DNA of 59,602 nucleotides, counting the filler. It is 7 parts of 7 records of this genome, joined end to end, with 100 filler letters (N's around TTAATTAATTAA, not from the genome) between each part and the next. Parts side by side here need not be neighbours in the genome. Positions count along the whole stretch, not along the records: positions 1 to 7,602 come from DRR723986_8627; positions 7,703 to 22,262 come from DRR723986_8631; 5 more parts are not named here. One strand, 5' to 3'. The stretch's first letter is position 1. Every line of letters starts with the position of its first letter. Both the position numbers and the translations under genes were made by a program. The notes beneath the pieces are model-generated. The model was not told where the DNA came from, did not search any database, and saw nothing but the letters and a program-made list of their open reading frames with translations. Positions 1-9,823 of the stretch are shown here, piece by piece.

Positions 1-821
1 GCCCAGACGGTTAGTTTCTGGATGCCGTCGCTGTCGAAATGGGTCGTCGGTTCGGTCAGGAGCAGCCGCTGTGGCAGTACGTTCCACTGCGAAAGCCGTT
101 CGATCACGTTTTCAGGATCTCTCAGCGTTCCGATGATCTGGACGTCGTGGAAGTAGAGCCCCTGGGTGTTGCGGGCATCATCGATAATTCCGATGGGAAG
201 GTAGCGGGAGCCGGTATTGCGCAAGGAGCGCAGGAAGAGATCGCAACTTGCGCCGGTCCCCACCAGAAGTACCGGAATCCTTGAATCCACCTCTTTCTCC
301 TTGAGGTGGCGGCTTTGACGGGTCAGCTCCCGGCCCCTGGCGATAACCCGCAACGCACCGAGCGCAGGCACGGCGAGGTAAAACTGAACAATTACGACAG
401 GGATGGGAACGGTGGCTGTGACAAGGTTGAAACGTGACAGGATTGCAAGCGAAACGCTTGTGAGCAGGGCTCCCTTGAGCAGAACAACGATGTCTCTCAA
501 CGAAGTTGATCGCGTGTCCCGGCGGTAGAACCCGGCCAATGGGAAAATCACGAGACCGCAGACACATGCCAGCGCCGCAAATGGCAGTATCGCAGGCAAT
601 AACTGCTTTTGAGCCGATCCGGTCACCGTCAGGAGCACTGCAAGCGCTGCAGACAGTGTAATTGAAACGACGTCACCCAGGACAAGTCTGCGATTAGCTT
701 TCAGCTCGGCCAATAATTGTTGGAACCACCGATTAATCTTCGGCTGGCTTTCCAAGACAGAGTGACCCGATGCTTTTATCCCAATCTTCGACGTCGTCTC
801 AGAAGAATAAAAATCCGCCAT
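1..821 (-). CDS. CapD/WbpM/PglF-like nucleotide-sugar dehydratase, N-terminal part (runs off the window edge)
   Basis: Manual translation from ATG 821 is open to base 1: about four hydrophobic segments (LVLGDVVSITLSAALAVLL, FPLAGFYRRDTRSTSLRDIVVLL), then IPVLLVGTGASCDLFLRSL..YLPIGIIDD..GLYFHDVQIIG, typical of the CapD N-terminal region; divergent from the glycan operon. Confidence 0.85.
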   Translation of the reverse strand, partial: MADFYSSETTSKIGIKASGHSVLESQPKINRWFQQLLAELKANRRLVLGDVVSITLSAALAVLLTVTGSAQKQLLPAILPFAALACVCGLVIFPLAGFYRRDTRSTSLRDIVVLLKGALLTSVSLAILSRFNLVTATVPIPVVIVQFYLAVPALGALRVIARGRELTRQSRHLKEKEVDSRIPVLLVGTGASCDLFLRSLRNTGSRYLPIGIIDDARNTQGLYFHDVQIIGTLRDPENVIERLSQWNVLPQRLLLTEPTTHFDSDGIQKLTVW

Positions 822-1766
822 AAGCAAACGCTCCGCTAAACACTTGAGGCACAAAAATAGCTGTGCCTCGCCGTCCGCTATTTTTTAACGGACTGATTAT
901 TCTTTGTTTTTTGTTGCTGCGACGGTGGCGTATTTACAAAATGGAAAATAAATAAAACGATTCCCACTTCGTGAATGTAGTTTCGACAAATATTTTCAGT
1001 TTTTCCGAAGATTAGCCCCTTAGAAGGACATAGATCATCTAAAATAATGATCAGGTTTCAAAAATAAAATCTTCAGAGCATGAAAAAATGCCATACGTCA
1101 CAGCATTTCATGTTAAATTTAGTCTTGCAATTTCAACCCAAGGTGTAACACATAACGCAAGGTTAATAAATAGTTTTTTTCCACAAATTTCTTGGACGGA
1201 TTGATCCGATGGCCTTTTTAGAGTTTCCAAACCCCCAAAAAATACGGAAAAAACAATTAAAATCAGCCAGTTCAGGATGCAGCATTCTGACAGTGCAAAA
1301 AACGTCATCGCCACTATCGCGGAGCCTGATTTATGATGAATTTGGGCCCTTCCTGTTGCCGTTCGAACCGCATTCGGACGACTCGTTTTCCCTTCGGTTA
1401 GACCTGCAGCCGGGGTGGCTGGAGCGACGCGAGGGCGGCGGACAGACACTATCCATGGAGCTCTGTCAGGGGATTTCGAGGCACCTCTGTAAAGGTGTTG
1501 TCCAATTCTTTGCCGGCTTTGGAACGGGAAGTCCGTCCCTACCCTTCCGTTGCTGAATTGGCGGCTTCGGAAAGGAATTCCCAGGGCGCATTCGGTTTGT
1601 TGTCCAGGTGCTTAAACAGTGATGTGACTTCCACTTGTAAATTTTGGCTAGTGTGTCAATATTGCGAGGTAGATGCTTATCTTAGGTTCGTAGTTTTCTT
1701 TCTATTTTGGTTTTATTGGCCTTCAGAATCTTCTGTGTTTTTTAATTTCAGGAGCCAAGGATTCCG

Positions 1767-2387
1767 ATGAACAGGTTTATTGAAATTTTATTGTGCCTCT
1801 GTGCGCTGGTTTTTGCATTTCCGTTTTTCGTGTTCGCGGCATTGCTCACACTGCTTACGTTGGGTCGGCCGGTTTTTTTCACGCAAACGCGAGCAGGAAA
1901 AGGCGGCACGGTGTTTATCCTCGCCAAGCTGCGCACCATGAGCGATGCGCGCGATGCCGGCGGGAACCTGCTGCCCGACGAAAGGCGCGTTTCCACGTCC
2001 GGTATTTGGCTGAGACGCATGCGGCTCGATGAGTTTCCGCAGCTGCTGTCAATCCTTCGCGGTGAGATGGCCCTGGTCGGACCACGCCCCTTGAAGCCTG
2101 AGACAGTAACGCAATTCGGGGCAGACGGGGTCCGGCGCGGAGCCGTGCGGCCGGGGCTCACCGGATGGGCCCAAGTGAGCGGTAACACGTCCTTGAGCAA
2201 CGAAGAGAAATTGCGACTGGACCTTTGGTACATCGCGCATCGCTCCGCAGCGCTCGATCTTCAGATTATCTTTGAAACTATCGGGGTTGCACTTTTCGGT
2301 GAGCACAAGAATGCGAGCCGGCTCGATGCGGCAAGCTCCTGGAAAGGTCTCGATAACGGGGCCGACAACAAACAGGTTTCCGCATGA
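1767..2387 (+). CDS. bacterial sugar transferase (PglC-like phosphoglycosyl transferase)
   Basis: PVFFTQTRAG, KLRTM, LRRMRLDEFPQL, GEMALVGPRP, RPGLTGWAQV, DLWYI motifs; AGGAG RBS upstream. Confidence 0.95.
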   Translation: MNRFIEILLCLCALVFAFPFFVFAALLTLLTLGRPVFFTQTRAGKGGTVFILAKLRTMSDARDAGGNLLPDERRVSTSGIWLRRMRLDEFPQLLSILRGEMALVGPRPLKPETVTQFGADGVRRGAVRPGLTGWAQVSGNTSLSNEEKLRLDLWYIAHRSAALDLQIIFETIGVALFGEHKNASRLDAASSWKGLDNGADNKQVSA

Positions 2388-3304
2388 AGACCGTCTTTGT
2401 GGGTGCGGTCGAAGGGTCTCTTGAAGCTCTTGCCGCAATTTGCGCCGCCGGTCACGTTCCCGCCCTTGTGGTGACACTGCCGCCGCAGCTGTCCGGCCGG
2501 CACTCGGATTTTGCCGATCTCGCGCCGACGGCCGAAAAGTACGGCGTGCCGGTACACCACACTTCACGATCCGACAGCGAGGAGACGCTCAAGGTTCTTC
2601 GGGAAGTCGACCCTGACCTGATACTCGTTATCGGCTGGTCGCAGATCTGCGGGCCAGACTTTCGCGCCATACCACGGCTCGGCTGTATCGGGTTCCATCC
2701 CTCTGCCCTGCCGCGCCTGCGCGGCCGAGGTGTCATCCCCTGGACGATCCTCGTGGGTGAAACCGAAGCTGGCGCAACCCTGTTCTGGCTTGGTGAGGGC
2801 GTGGACGATGGCCCGATCGCAGCTCAGATGCGGTACGACATCGACCCGGAAACGATCACTGCTCGTGAACTCTATGACCGCGTCAGGAACGCAGTGTCGC
2901 AGATGCTGCCGCCCTTGTTGACCCGGATCCAGTCTGGCGAGGTGCCGTCCGAACCGCAGTCTGAAAACGGCGTAAGCATATGTGCGCGGCGGCGGCCGGA
3001 AGATGGTCTTATCGACTGGACCCGTCCCGCGGCGGAGATCGACCGGCTTATTCGTGCCGTCGGTCCCCCCTATCCCGGAGCTTTTACGGAAACCTCTGAC
3101 GGGAGCTTGCTGACCGTGACCCGTGCCAGGCATTGCCCCCACAAGGGTCGTTACATCGGTCTTCCTGGCCAGGTCCAGGCGGTTGACGGTTCGGTATTTA
3201 CCGTCGCATGCGGCGACGGCCAATGTCTTGAAATTCTCGAATGGACCGGCCCTGACCGGTGCCCAGGTCTTCACTCCAAATTCAGCAGTCGTGCAAAATC
3301 ATGA
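2384..3304 (+). CDS. Fmt/ArnA-type formyltransferase, probably sugar N-formyltransferase
   Basis: GFHPSALPRLRG, VDDGPIAAQ, RRRPEDGLIDW, RAVGPPYPGAF; ATGA overlaps with both neighbours. Confidence 0.9.
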   Translation: MKTVFVGAVEGSLEALAAICAAGHVPALVVTLPPQLSGRHSDFADLAPTAEKYGVPVHHTSRSDSEETLKVLREVDPDLILVIGWSQICGPDFRAIPRLGCIGFHPSALPRLRGRGVIPWTILVGETEAGATLFWLGEGVDDGPIAAQMRYDIDPETITARELYDRVRNAVSQMLPPLLTRIQSGEVPSEPQSENGVSICARRRPEDGLIDWTRPAAEIDRLIRAVGPPYPGAFTETSDGSLLTVTRARHCPHKGRYIGLPGQVQAVDGSVFTVACGDGQCLEILEWTGPDRCPGLHSKFSSRAKS

Positions 3305-3990
3305 ATTCTCCAATTTTTACCGGCGACGGCCCGGCACTTGTAATCGCGCCCCATCCCGATGACGAGGTCCTGGGTGCCGGAGGCACAATTGCCCGTCTTG
3401 CGGATCAAGGCAGAGCGGTGCATGTCGCCATTGTCACACGCGGACGTCCGCCCAGGTTCTCAGCCGAGCAGATCCACACGGTTCGCGAAGAAGCCGCAGC
3501 CGCGCACGCCCATCTGGGCATTTCGCAAACCCACTGGCTCGATTTTCCTGCCGCTGAATTGGCAGAGTATCCTCATGCAGACCTGAACGGCGGGCTGGGA
3601 GCGCTCGTTCGTGATCTCGACCCGACGCTGGTCCTGGCACCACATCCGGGCGACATCCATCTCGACCATCAGCTCTGCTTTCTGTCCACCCTGGTTGCCA
3701 GCCGGCCCCATCAGGCCCGGCATCCCTCTGTCATTGCGGCTTACGAAACTCTTTCGGAAACCAACTGGAATGCGCCGTACCTCACGCCGGCATTCGTTCC
3801 CAATGTGTTCGTGGACATTTCAGCAACGCTCGACCGCAAGCTCGAGGCTTTCCAGCTGTTCGCAAGTCAGGTTCGCGAGGCACCCCACGAAAGGTCGGTG
3901 GAGTCCCTGCGGGCGCTGGCCACCTTGCGCGGGGCGACCGTACATCGTTCTGCCGCCGAGGGGTTCGTCCTCGTGCGTTATGTGGTCTGA
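3301..3990 (+). CDS. PIG-L/LmbE family de-N-acetylase
   Basis: APHPDDEVLG and DIHLDH zinc motifs; ATG 3301 overlaps the previous stop. Confidence 0.93.
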   Translation: MNSPIFTGDGPALVIAPHPDDEVLGAGGTIARLADQGRAVHVAIVTRGRPPRFSAEQIHTVREEAAAAHAHLGISQTHWLDFPAAELAEYPHADLNGGLGALVRDLDPTLVLAPHPGDIHLDHQLCFLSTLVASRPHQARHPSVIAAYETLSETNWNAPYLTPAFVPNVFVDISATLDRKLEAFQLFASQVREAPHERSVESLRALATLRGATVHRSAAEGFVLVRYVV

Positions 3991-4001
3991 GGAGAGAGGA
4001 T

Positions 4002-5198
4002 ATGGGCGGTTGGCCAGTCTACACTGACGAAGAGATCGATGCCGTTACCGGCGTCCTGCGGTCCGGCAAGGTGAATGCCTGGACCGGCCCGGACGTCTTT
4101 GCCTTCGAAACGGAGTATTGCGATTACACCGGCGCTGCTCACGCAATCGCAATGGCCAATGGTTCGGTAACACTGGACACCGCGCTGCGAATTCTCGACA
4201 TTCAGCCGGGCGACGAAGTCATCGTGACCCCACGCAGCTTCGTTGCATCTGCCAGCTGTGTGCTCCTGGCCGGCGGCATTCCGGTGTTCGCCGACATTGA
4301 TCCGGACAGCCAGAACATCACGCCGGAGACGATTGCCCCTCTCATCACCTCACGAACGGTCGGCATCCTGCCCGTGCATCTGGCAGGCTGGCCCTGCGAC
4401 ATGGACGGCATCCTGGCCCTTGCCCGCGCCCACAATATCTGGGTGATCGAAGATTGCGCCCAGGCACATGGCGCGATGATCGGTGAACGGCATGTGGGTA
4501 CGCTGGGTGATTTCGGCTCCTATTCATTCTGTCAGGACAAGATAATCTCGACAGGGGGTGAAGGAGGGATGCTTCTCACCGACAATCCCGACCTTTGGTC
4601 TCGTGCCTGGAGTTTCAAGGATCATGGCAAGGGCTATGCGACGGTGTTTGAAAAAGACCATCTGCCCGGCTTTCGATGGCTGCATGACTCAGGCCCGGGC
4701 ACCAACCTTCGAATGGCGGGACCTTCGGCCGCTATCGGGCGCATACAATTGTCGCGGCTTGCGGAAACCCGCGCCCACCGGACACGCAATGCCTTGACGC
4801 TTGCCGAGATCCTCAGCGGATCGAGTGCGTTACGGGTTCCCGTTCCGCCTCAGTCCCTCACCCATGCCTATTATCGCTTTTACGCCTTCGTACGCCCGGA
4901 GGCGATGGCCGACAGCTGGTCGCGCGACCGGATCCTTGCCGAAGTTGCCGAAGCGGGTCTGCCCGCGTTTTCCGGAAGCTGTTCGGAAATCTACAAAGAG
5001 GCAATGTTTCGCGACCGCGGGCTGGGGCCCGACAAACCGCTTCCCGTTGCCAGGCAGCTGGGCGAGACAAGTTTCGCCTTCCTCGTGGATACCACGTGGG
5101 AACAGGAGCGGATCATCGAGCTGGCCGAAAAAGTCGTTTCGATCGCTGATCGATCGCTTGCGGTGTCGCACAAATCACCTGCAAAGGCTCCCGCCTGA
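4002..5198 (+). CDS. DegT/DnrJ/EryC1/StrS sugar aminotransferase
   Basis: IEDCAQAHGA, SFCQDKIISTGGEGG (PLP lysine); GAGGAGAGGA RBS. Confidence 0.95.
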   Translation: MGGWPVYTDEEIDAVTGVLRSGKVNAWTGPDVFAFETEYCDYTGAAHAIAMANGSVTLDTALRILDIQPGDEVIVTPRSFVASASCVLLAGGIPVFADIDPDSQNITPETIAPLITSRTVGILPVHLAGWPCDMDGILALARAHNIWVIEDCAQAHGAMIGERHVGTLGDFGSYSFCQDKIISTGGEGGMLLTDNPDLWSRAWSFKDHGKGYATVFEKDHLPGFRWLHDSGPGTNLRMAGPSAAIGRIQLSRLAETRAHRTRNALTLAEILSGSSALRVPVPPQSLTHAYYRFYAFVRPEAMADSWSRDRILAEVAEAGLPAFSGSCSEIYKEAMFRDRGLGPDKPLPVARQLGETSFAFLVDTTWEQERIIELAEKVVSIADRSLAVSHKSPAKAPA

Positions 5199-5300
5199 AG
5201 CAACCGGCCAGCGTCATGCCGAACAACCCAGATTGGCCATAAGGCCATCAATGCCTCGGGTTCACACGCGATCCAGCGTTGATTGGCGTGTGCCACGTTG

Positions 5301-6392
5301 TCAGGCGTTCTGAACCCTTCTGTTTCGGTATATTTTCTGACCGAAGAAGATTTGGTACGGCAGTCTCTCGAGTATCAGATAGGAGAAGTGCGAGAAGATT
5401 GTTGTGAGAATAAATACGACCGCGCCAAAAATTAGAAGGGACACAAATATATTGTCGCCAAACAGGCCGAAAGATGAGAAAATTTGCCGTGTTGCAAAGT
5501 ATATATACGGATGAACCAGGTAGAAGCTGTAGCTTATTGTTCCGAAGAAGAACATGATCCTGTTGTTCAGTAATTTCCCGGTCAGGCTGTCTCTCGAAGC
5601 TGCAAAAAAGAAGTAGGTCGCAGTGGCCAGGACCAGGAGCGCCGGGGCGGGTATGATGGTCGGATAGGCCTCGTAGAACTCGTAGGTCCGAAACTTGAAG
5701 TCCCACGTGGAAGCCAGATAGACCCAGACGAAAAACGAAATGGCCTCAAGCGTTTTCGTGTACTTCAAGCCGTTGGTGATTTCGCTCCTGTACATCCAGT
5801 AGATGGCGGCCCCGGACAGAAAAAACAGCGCCTTCGGATAGTAGTAGGTAAACAGTACCGGTATCGCCAGGGAAGCGATCTTCCAGACGATGTTCATTTT
5901 TCTTGTCAGGAAAAAATACGTCATGCAGGCCAACGTATAAAACATCACTTCATAGGTCAGGCTCCAGGCGTTCGGGGCAACCTGCTTTGTTGTTGTGAAC
6001 AAATCCAGGAAGGTCAGGGAAAACAGGACTGACTCAAGGTTGTTCAGTTCCGGGTACCTGTTTGTCACGCCATTCAGGATGGCAAAAAACAAGGTCGAAA
6101 CGAGAAAGAGCGGATAGAGCCTCAGAAGGCGCCTGAGGGCAAACTCTGACGGAGAATACCTCATCACGCTCGGCAGGATGACAAACCCGCTGATTACGAA
6201 AAACAACATGACGCCGGATGTGCCGAAGTTGTGAAACGGCACAATCCCTTCAACATATCCCGGCCTGTCATTGTAGATGTGTTCGGCTGTTCCACCTAGA
6301 ATATGAGCGACCAGCACCATGATCGACGCAACGCCGCGCAGACCGTGTACGGAATAGTTGAATTGCGAACTTTGCGGCGAAGTGGAATTCAT
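5301..6392 (-). CDS. acyltransferase-3 (OafA-like) membrane O-acyltransferase
   Basis: HGLRGVAS, GVMLFFVISGFVI, RRLLRLYP, WSLTYEVMFY, GTISYSFYLVH; multiple transmembrane segments. Confidence 0.92.
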   Translation of the reverse strand: MNSTSPQSSQFNYSVHGLRGVASIMVLVAHILGGTAEHIYNDRPGYVEGIVPFHNFGTSGVMLFFVISGFVILPSVMRYSPSEFALRRLLRLYPLFLVSTLFFAILNGVTNRYPELNNLESVLFSLTFLDLFTTTKQVAPNAWSLTYEVMFYTLACMTYFFLTRKMNIVWKIASLAIPVLFTYYYPKALFFLSGAAIYWMYRSEITNGLKYTKTLEAISFFVWVYLASTWDFKFRTYEFYEAYPTIIPAPALLVLATATYFFFAASRDSLTGKLLNNRIMFFFGTISYSFYLVHPYIYFATRQIFSSFGLFGDNIFVSLLIFGAVVFILTTIFSHFSYLILERLPYQIFFGQKIYRNRRVQNA

Positions 6393-7510
6393 AGCGGACC
6401 ATATTTAATTTTCGAAAACAAAGGTGATTAACGTCCATTGTCAGACCTGGCTGGTCTGAAACGACGTGGCTGCTCGACATTCAAAAAGTGCAATCAGAAG
6501 TCTTGTATCGAGCCTGCTCGGCATGTTTGGTCGCAGGTATCTCTTCGTTATCAACGACCGTGCGACTGCTAACGTTATTTTCAATTTCAAATTAGTATTT
6601 CAAAAATATTATAGAAAACAACAGCGTTGTCAATTTCGATTTGCCTGATGGTAGATCTCATCAAAGGCAGCGCAGTCTCCTCTTCAAAATTGCTTGAGGA
6701 GGCGTCTCTTTCATTTTTGTTGACTTTAGAGCATGTTGCGCTGAATCGGTTCGTATGGGGCACTCTTGAGCAAGCCGGTACATTGCGCCGCTATTTTCCG
6801 ATCAATCACGGTGTTCTCTACTATACGGGTTATGTTGTCCCTCCATCTCTCTTGGTTCATCGCGTTGACCGGTCGCGGACAGCGGGTTCGAGCCGGTGGC
6901 AAAGTGATTGGGGGGAAGGATGCAGGCGCGGTATTAGGTCCCGCCGATCCCTTGCCGCGGCAAAGTGCAGGCGATTGCCTGACCCCCATCATACTGCTTC
7001 ACGCTCACTTGTGCGATGAACAAGCGAACGGCTTCTCTCTTTATTTGGACAATGAAGAGCCTGACCTTGGAGGTCTCAACGCCAAGGAAACGTCAGCCAC
7101 CGTTTGTGGTGACAAGTCAGCGGAAGGTGTTTGCAATTTGAACAGTTTCAGCCGTTTAGTCGTTTTTTAATACTGTAAGTTGTTTTTTAATACTAAATCT
7201 GTCATCCTTCACTGGCGCACGATAGTCCTCCGACTTTGACTGGCGAAACAATCGCGGAGTGGGGAGCCAAAAGAGTGATCTTCACAGGGAAAAAGATCTG
7301 CCTGAGGTAGAGCCAAGGTCGAGGAAAACACCTGCGAACAGTGCCAAGGTCGACGGTTTGTTGCCTGGCAGATTACTTTTTGCCTGCGGAAAGAATGCTT
7401 CTGCAAAGGCGATGTTGGAAAAGTCCGGATTGATATTACTGCTAACGAAAAGGCCGCCGGGTGCAGTCAGCATTTCGCTTGGAATGGACGAACACCGGGA
7501 GTGATATGGA

Positions 7511-7602
7511 ATGAAACTGTTCTTCAGCCGAAATCCCAATCCTCGACTGGCGGTCGCGGTGGCTCGCTATCTCGACGCAAATATCGAGTTCGAATTTGCC
7601 TC
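7511..7602 (+). CDS. glutathione S-transferase family protein, N-terminal fragment (contig end)
   Basis: MKLFFSRNPNPRLAVAVARYLDANIEFEFA resembles a GST N-terminus; GGGAG upstream. Confidence 0.6.
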
Positions 7603-7702
7603 NNNNNNNNNNNNNNNNNNNNNNNNNNNNNNNNNNNNNNNNNNNNTTAATTAATTAANNNNNNNNNNNNNNNNNNNNNNNNNNNNNNNNNNNNNNNNNN
7701 NN
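7603..7702. other. artificial contig linker
   Basis: N44-TTAATTAATTAA-N44, stop in all six frames. Confidence 0.99.
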
Positions 7703-8530
7703 GGAAACGATACGCTGATCGGCCGTGCTGGCGATGACATCATCCGTGGAGAAACCGGGGACGACAGTCTGATTGGTGAGAGCGGCAACGACACACTCGA
7801 TGGAGGTGCAGGCTATGATTATCTGGACGGCGGTGCCGGCCACGATACACTCAATGGCGGCTCAGGCCTCGATTCCCTTTATGGTGGAAGTGGCAACGAC
7901 ACCTACATCGTCGACAACACGGGAGATATGGTCTACGAGAATATTAACGAGGGCACGGATACCGTCCGCTCCAGCATTACATACACGCTCTCAGCCAATG
8001 TCGAAAACCTGACCCTGACTGGCATAGCAACGATCAACGGCACCGGTAACTCCTTAAACAATAGTCTGACTGGCAACAGTGCCAACAACCGCCTCACCGG
8101 TGGCGCTGGCAACGACACACTCAATGGCGGTGCGGGAATCGACTTGCTTTATGGCGGTGATGGCAACGACCGTATTCTGGGTGGTAAAGGCAATGATGTG
8201 CTGTATGGTGGCAACGGCAGTGACACATTCACCTTCAACAAAGGCGATGGGAAAGACACGGTTTACGTGAGCGAAACCACGGGAAGTAATGCGACGGAGA
8301 CACTGATTCTGGGTAACTTGAACCGCGCAGACGTTAACCTGCTGAAGTACAACAATTCTTTGTATGTGCAACAAAAAGAATCGACCACCGACCATGTCAA
8401 AGTGGTTAATCATTTCAGCGGTGGAGCCAGTACGCTGGATAAAATCATTTTTGCAGACGGACTTAGCTGGGATTCGGCAACGATCAACGCCAACAGCGTC
8501 CAGGTAGTGCAGGATCCGGAAACTGTCTAA
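7703..8530 (+). CDS. RTX/hemolysin-type calcium-binding protein, C-terminal part
   Basis: Many GGxGxDxLx nonapeptides open from 7703; C-terminal LDKIIFADGLSWD resembles the HCBP-related domain. Confidence 0.92.
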   Translation, partial: GNDTLIGRAGDDIIRGETGDDSLIGESGNDTLDGGAGYDYLDGGAGHDTLNGGSGLDSLYGGSGNDTYIVDNTGDMVYENINEGTDTVRSSITYTLSANVENLTLTGIATINGTGNSLNNSLTGNSANNRLTGGAGNDTLNGGAGIDLLYGGDGNDRILGGKGNDVLYGGNGSDTFTFNKGDGKDTVYVSETTGSNATETLILGNLNRADVNLLKYNNSLYVQQKESTTDHVKVVNHFSGGASTLDKIIFADGLSWDSATINANSVQVVQDPETV

Positions 8531-8557
8531 TACGAATTCGGATTGACTTGAAAAATT

Positions 8558-8590
8558 AAAAAAGGCATTTGAATTTCAAATGCCTTTTTT
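8558..8590. terminator. bidirectional rho-independent terminator
   Basis: AAAAAAGGCATTTGAA-T-TTCAAATGCCTTTTTT between convergent genes. Confidence 0.9.
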
Positions 8591-8610
8591 ATGTGAACTA
8601 CATCAGCAAC

Positions 8611-9792
8611 TTACATCCGCTCAAAAATCGCGGCAATACCCTGACCACCACCAATACACATGGTCACCAGCGCATAACGACCTTGAACACGCTGCAATTC
8701 ATATAGGGCCTTCACTGTAATAATCGCGCCCGTTGCGCCAATGGGGTGACCAATTGAAATGCCAGAACCATTTGGGTTGACCTTGGCTGGGTCCATGCCC
8801 AACTCTTTGGTCACGGCGCAAGCCTGCGCTGCAAACGCCTCATTCGCTTCAACCACGTCCATGTCTTCAATCTTCAAGCCCGCTTTGGCCAAGGCTTTTT
8901 TGGTTGCTGACACTGGGCCAATACCCATGATGGTTGGCTCTACGCCGGTGTTGGCATAGGCCACCAAACGGGCCATGGGCTTCTTACCCGCCTTTTCTGC
9001 TGCGCTTCGTTCCATCAACAGCACGGCGCCTGCACCATCGTTCAAACCAGAGGCGTTGCCAGCAGTCACGGTGCCATCTTTCTGAAAAACGGCACGCAGT
9101 TTAGCCATGCCTTCCAGAGTGGCGTCACCGCGAACATGCTCGTCGGTGTCAAACATCACCGGACCTTTCTTGCTCTTGATTTCAATCGGCAAAATCTGCT
9201 CTTTGAAATAACCATTGGCAATCGCATTGGCCGCACGCTTGTGGCTTTCAACTGCCAAGGCGTCCTGGTCTTCACGGCTTACATTGAATTCCTTGGCCAC
9301 GTTCTCCGCAGTCACGCCCATGTGAATTACATGGAAAGGGTCGTGCAAAGCGCCCACCATCATGTCGATGCCTTTCATGTCGCCCATGCGTGCACCCCAG
9401 CGGGCGGCGGGCAAAATGTAGGGGGCTTTGCTCATGCTTTCAGCACCGCCTCCAATGGCCACATCGGCGTCACCCAGCATAATGCTTTGAGCCGCAGTCA
9501 CAATGGCTTGAAGGCCAGAACCACACAGGCGGTTCAGCGTGAGCGCTGGCGTCGATTTGTCCAGACCACCTTCAATGGCAGCAACACGCGACAAATACAT
9601 GTCACGCGGCTCAGAATTCACCACATGCCCAAACACCACATGGCCAACCTGGTCAGCGCTTACACCTGCGCGCGCAACCACTTCCTTCACTACCATGGCG
9701 CCCAACTGCGTTGGGGAAAAGTCTTTCAAACTTCCACCAAAGTCGCCCACTGCGGTGCGTACACCGGCTACCACTACCACTTCACGCGTCAT
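8611..9792 (-). CDS. bktB: beta-ketothiolase BktB
   Basis: NRLCGSGLQA, NEAFA, GHPIGATG, CIGGGQG; EPRDMYLSRVAA; position downstream of phaCAB-phaR-rimO. Confidence 0.9.
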   Translation of the reverse strand: MTREVVVVAGVRTAVGDFGGSLKDFSPTQLGAMVVKEVVARAGVSADQVGHVVFGHVVNSEPRDMYLSRVAAIEGGLDKSTPALTLNRLCGSGLQAIVTAAQSIMLGDADVAIGGGAESMSKAPYILPAARWGARMGDMKGIDMMVGALHDPFHVIHMGVTAENVAKEFNVSREDQDALAVESHKRAANAIANGYFKEQILPIEIKSKKGPVMFDTDEHVRGDATLEGMAKLRAVFQKDGTVTAGNASGLNDGAGAVLLMERSAAEKAGKKPMARLVAYANTGVEPTIMGIGPVSATKKALAKAGLKIEDMDVVEANEAFAAQACAVTKELGMDPAKVNPNGSGISIGHPIGATGAIITVKALYELQRVQGRYALVTMCIGGGQGIAAIFERM

Positions 9793-9823
9793 TTTTCTAT
9801 CTCCTTGTTATTAAACGACTTAG

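Noticed and set aside
39-567. ORFs 39-284 (+) and 178-567 (-)
   Set aside because: Shadows of the CapD-like gene on the minus strand
7647-7658. Recurring TTAATTAATTAA palindrome in N runs
   Set aside because: Artificial linker; ORFs ending in X..LIN are artefacts
7703-8230. 27-bp periodicity here and at 22363-22800 as a possible CRISPR or repeat array
   Set aside because: Explained by RTX nonapeptide coding; no CRISPR array or cas gene seen in the window
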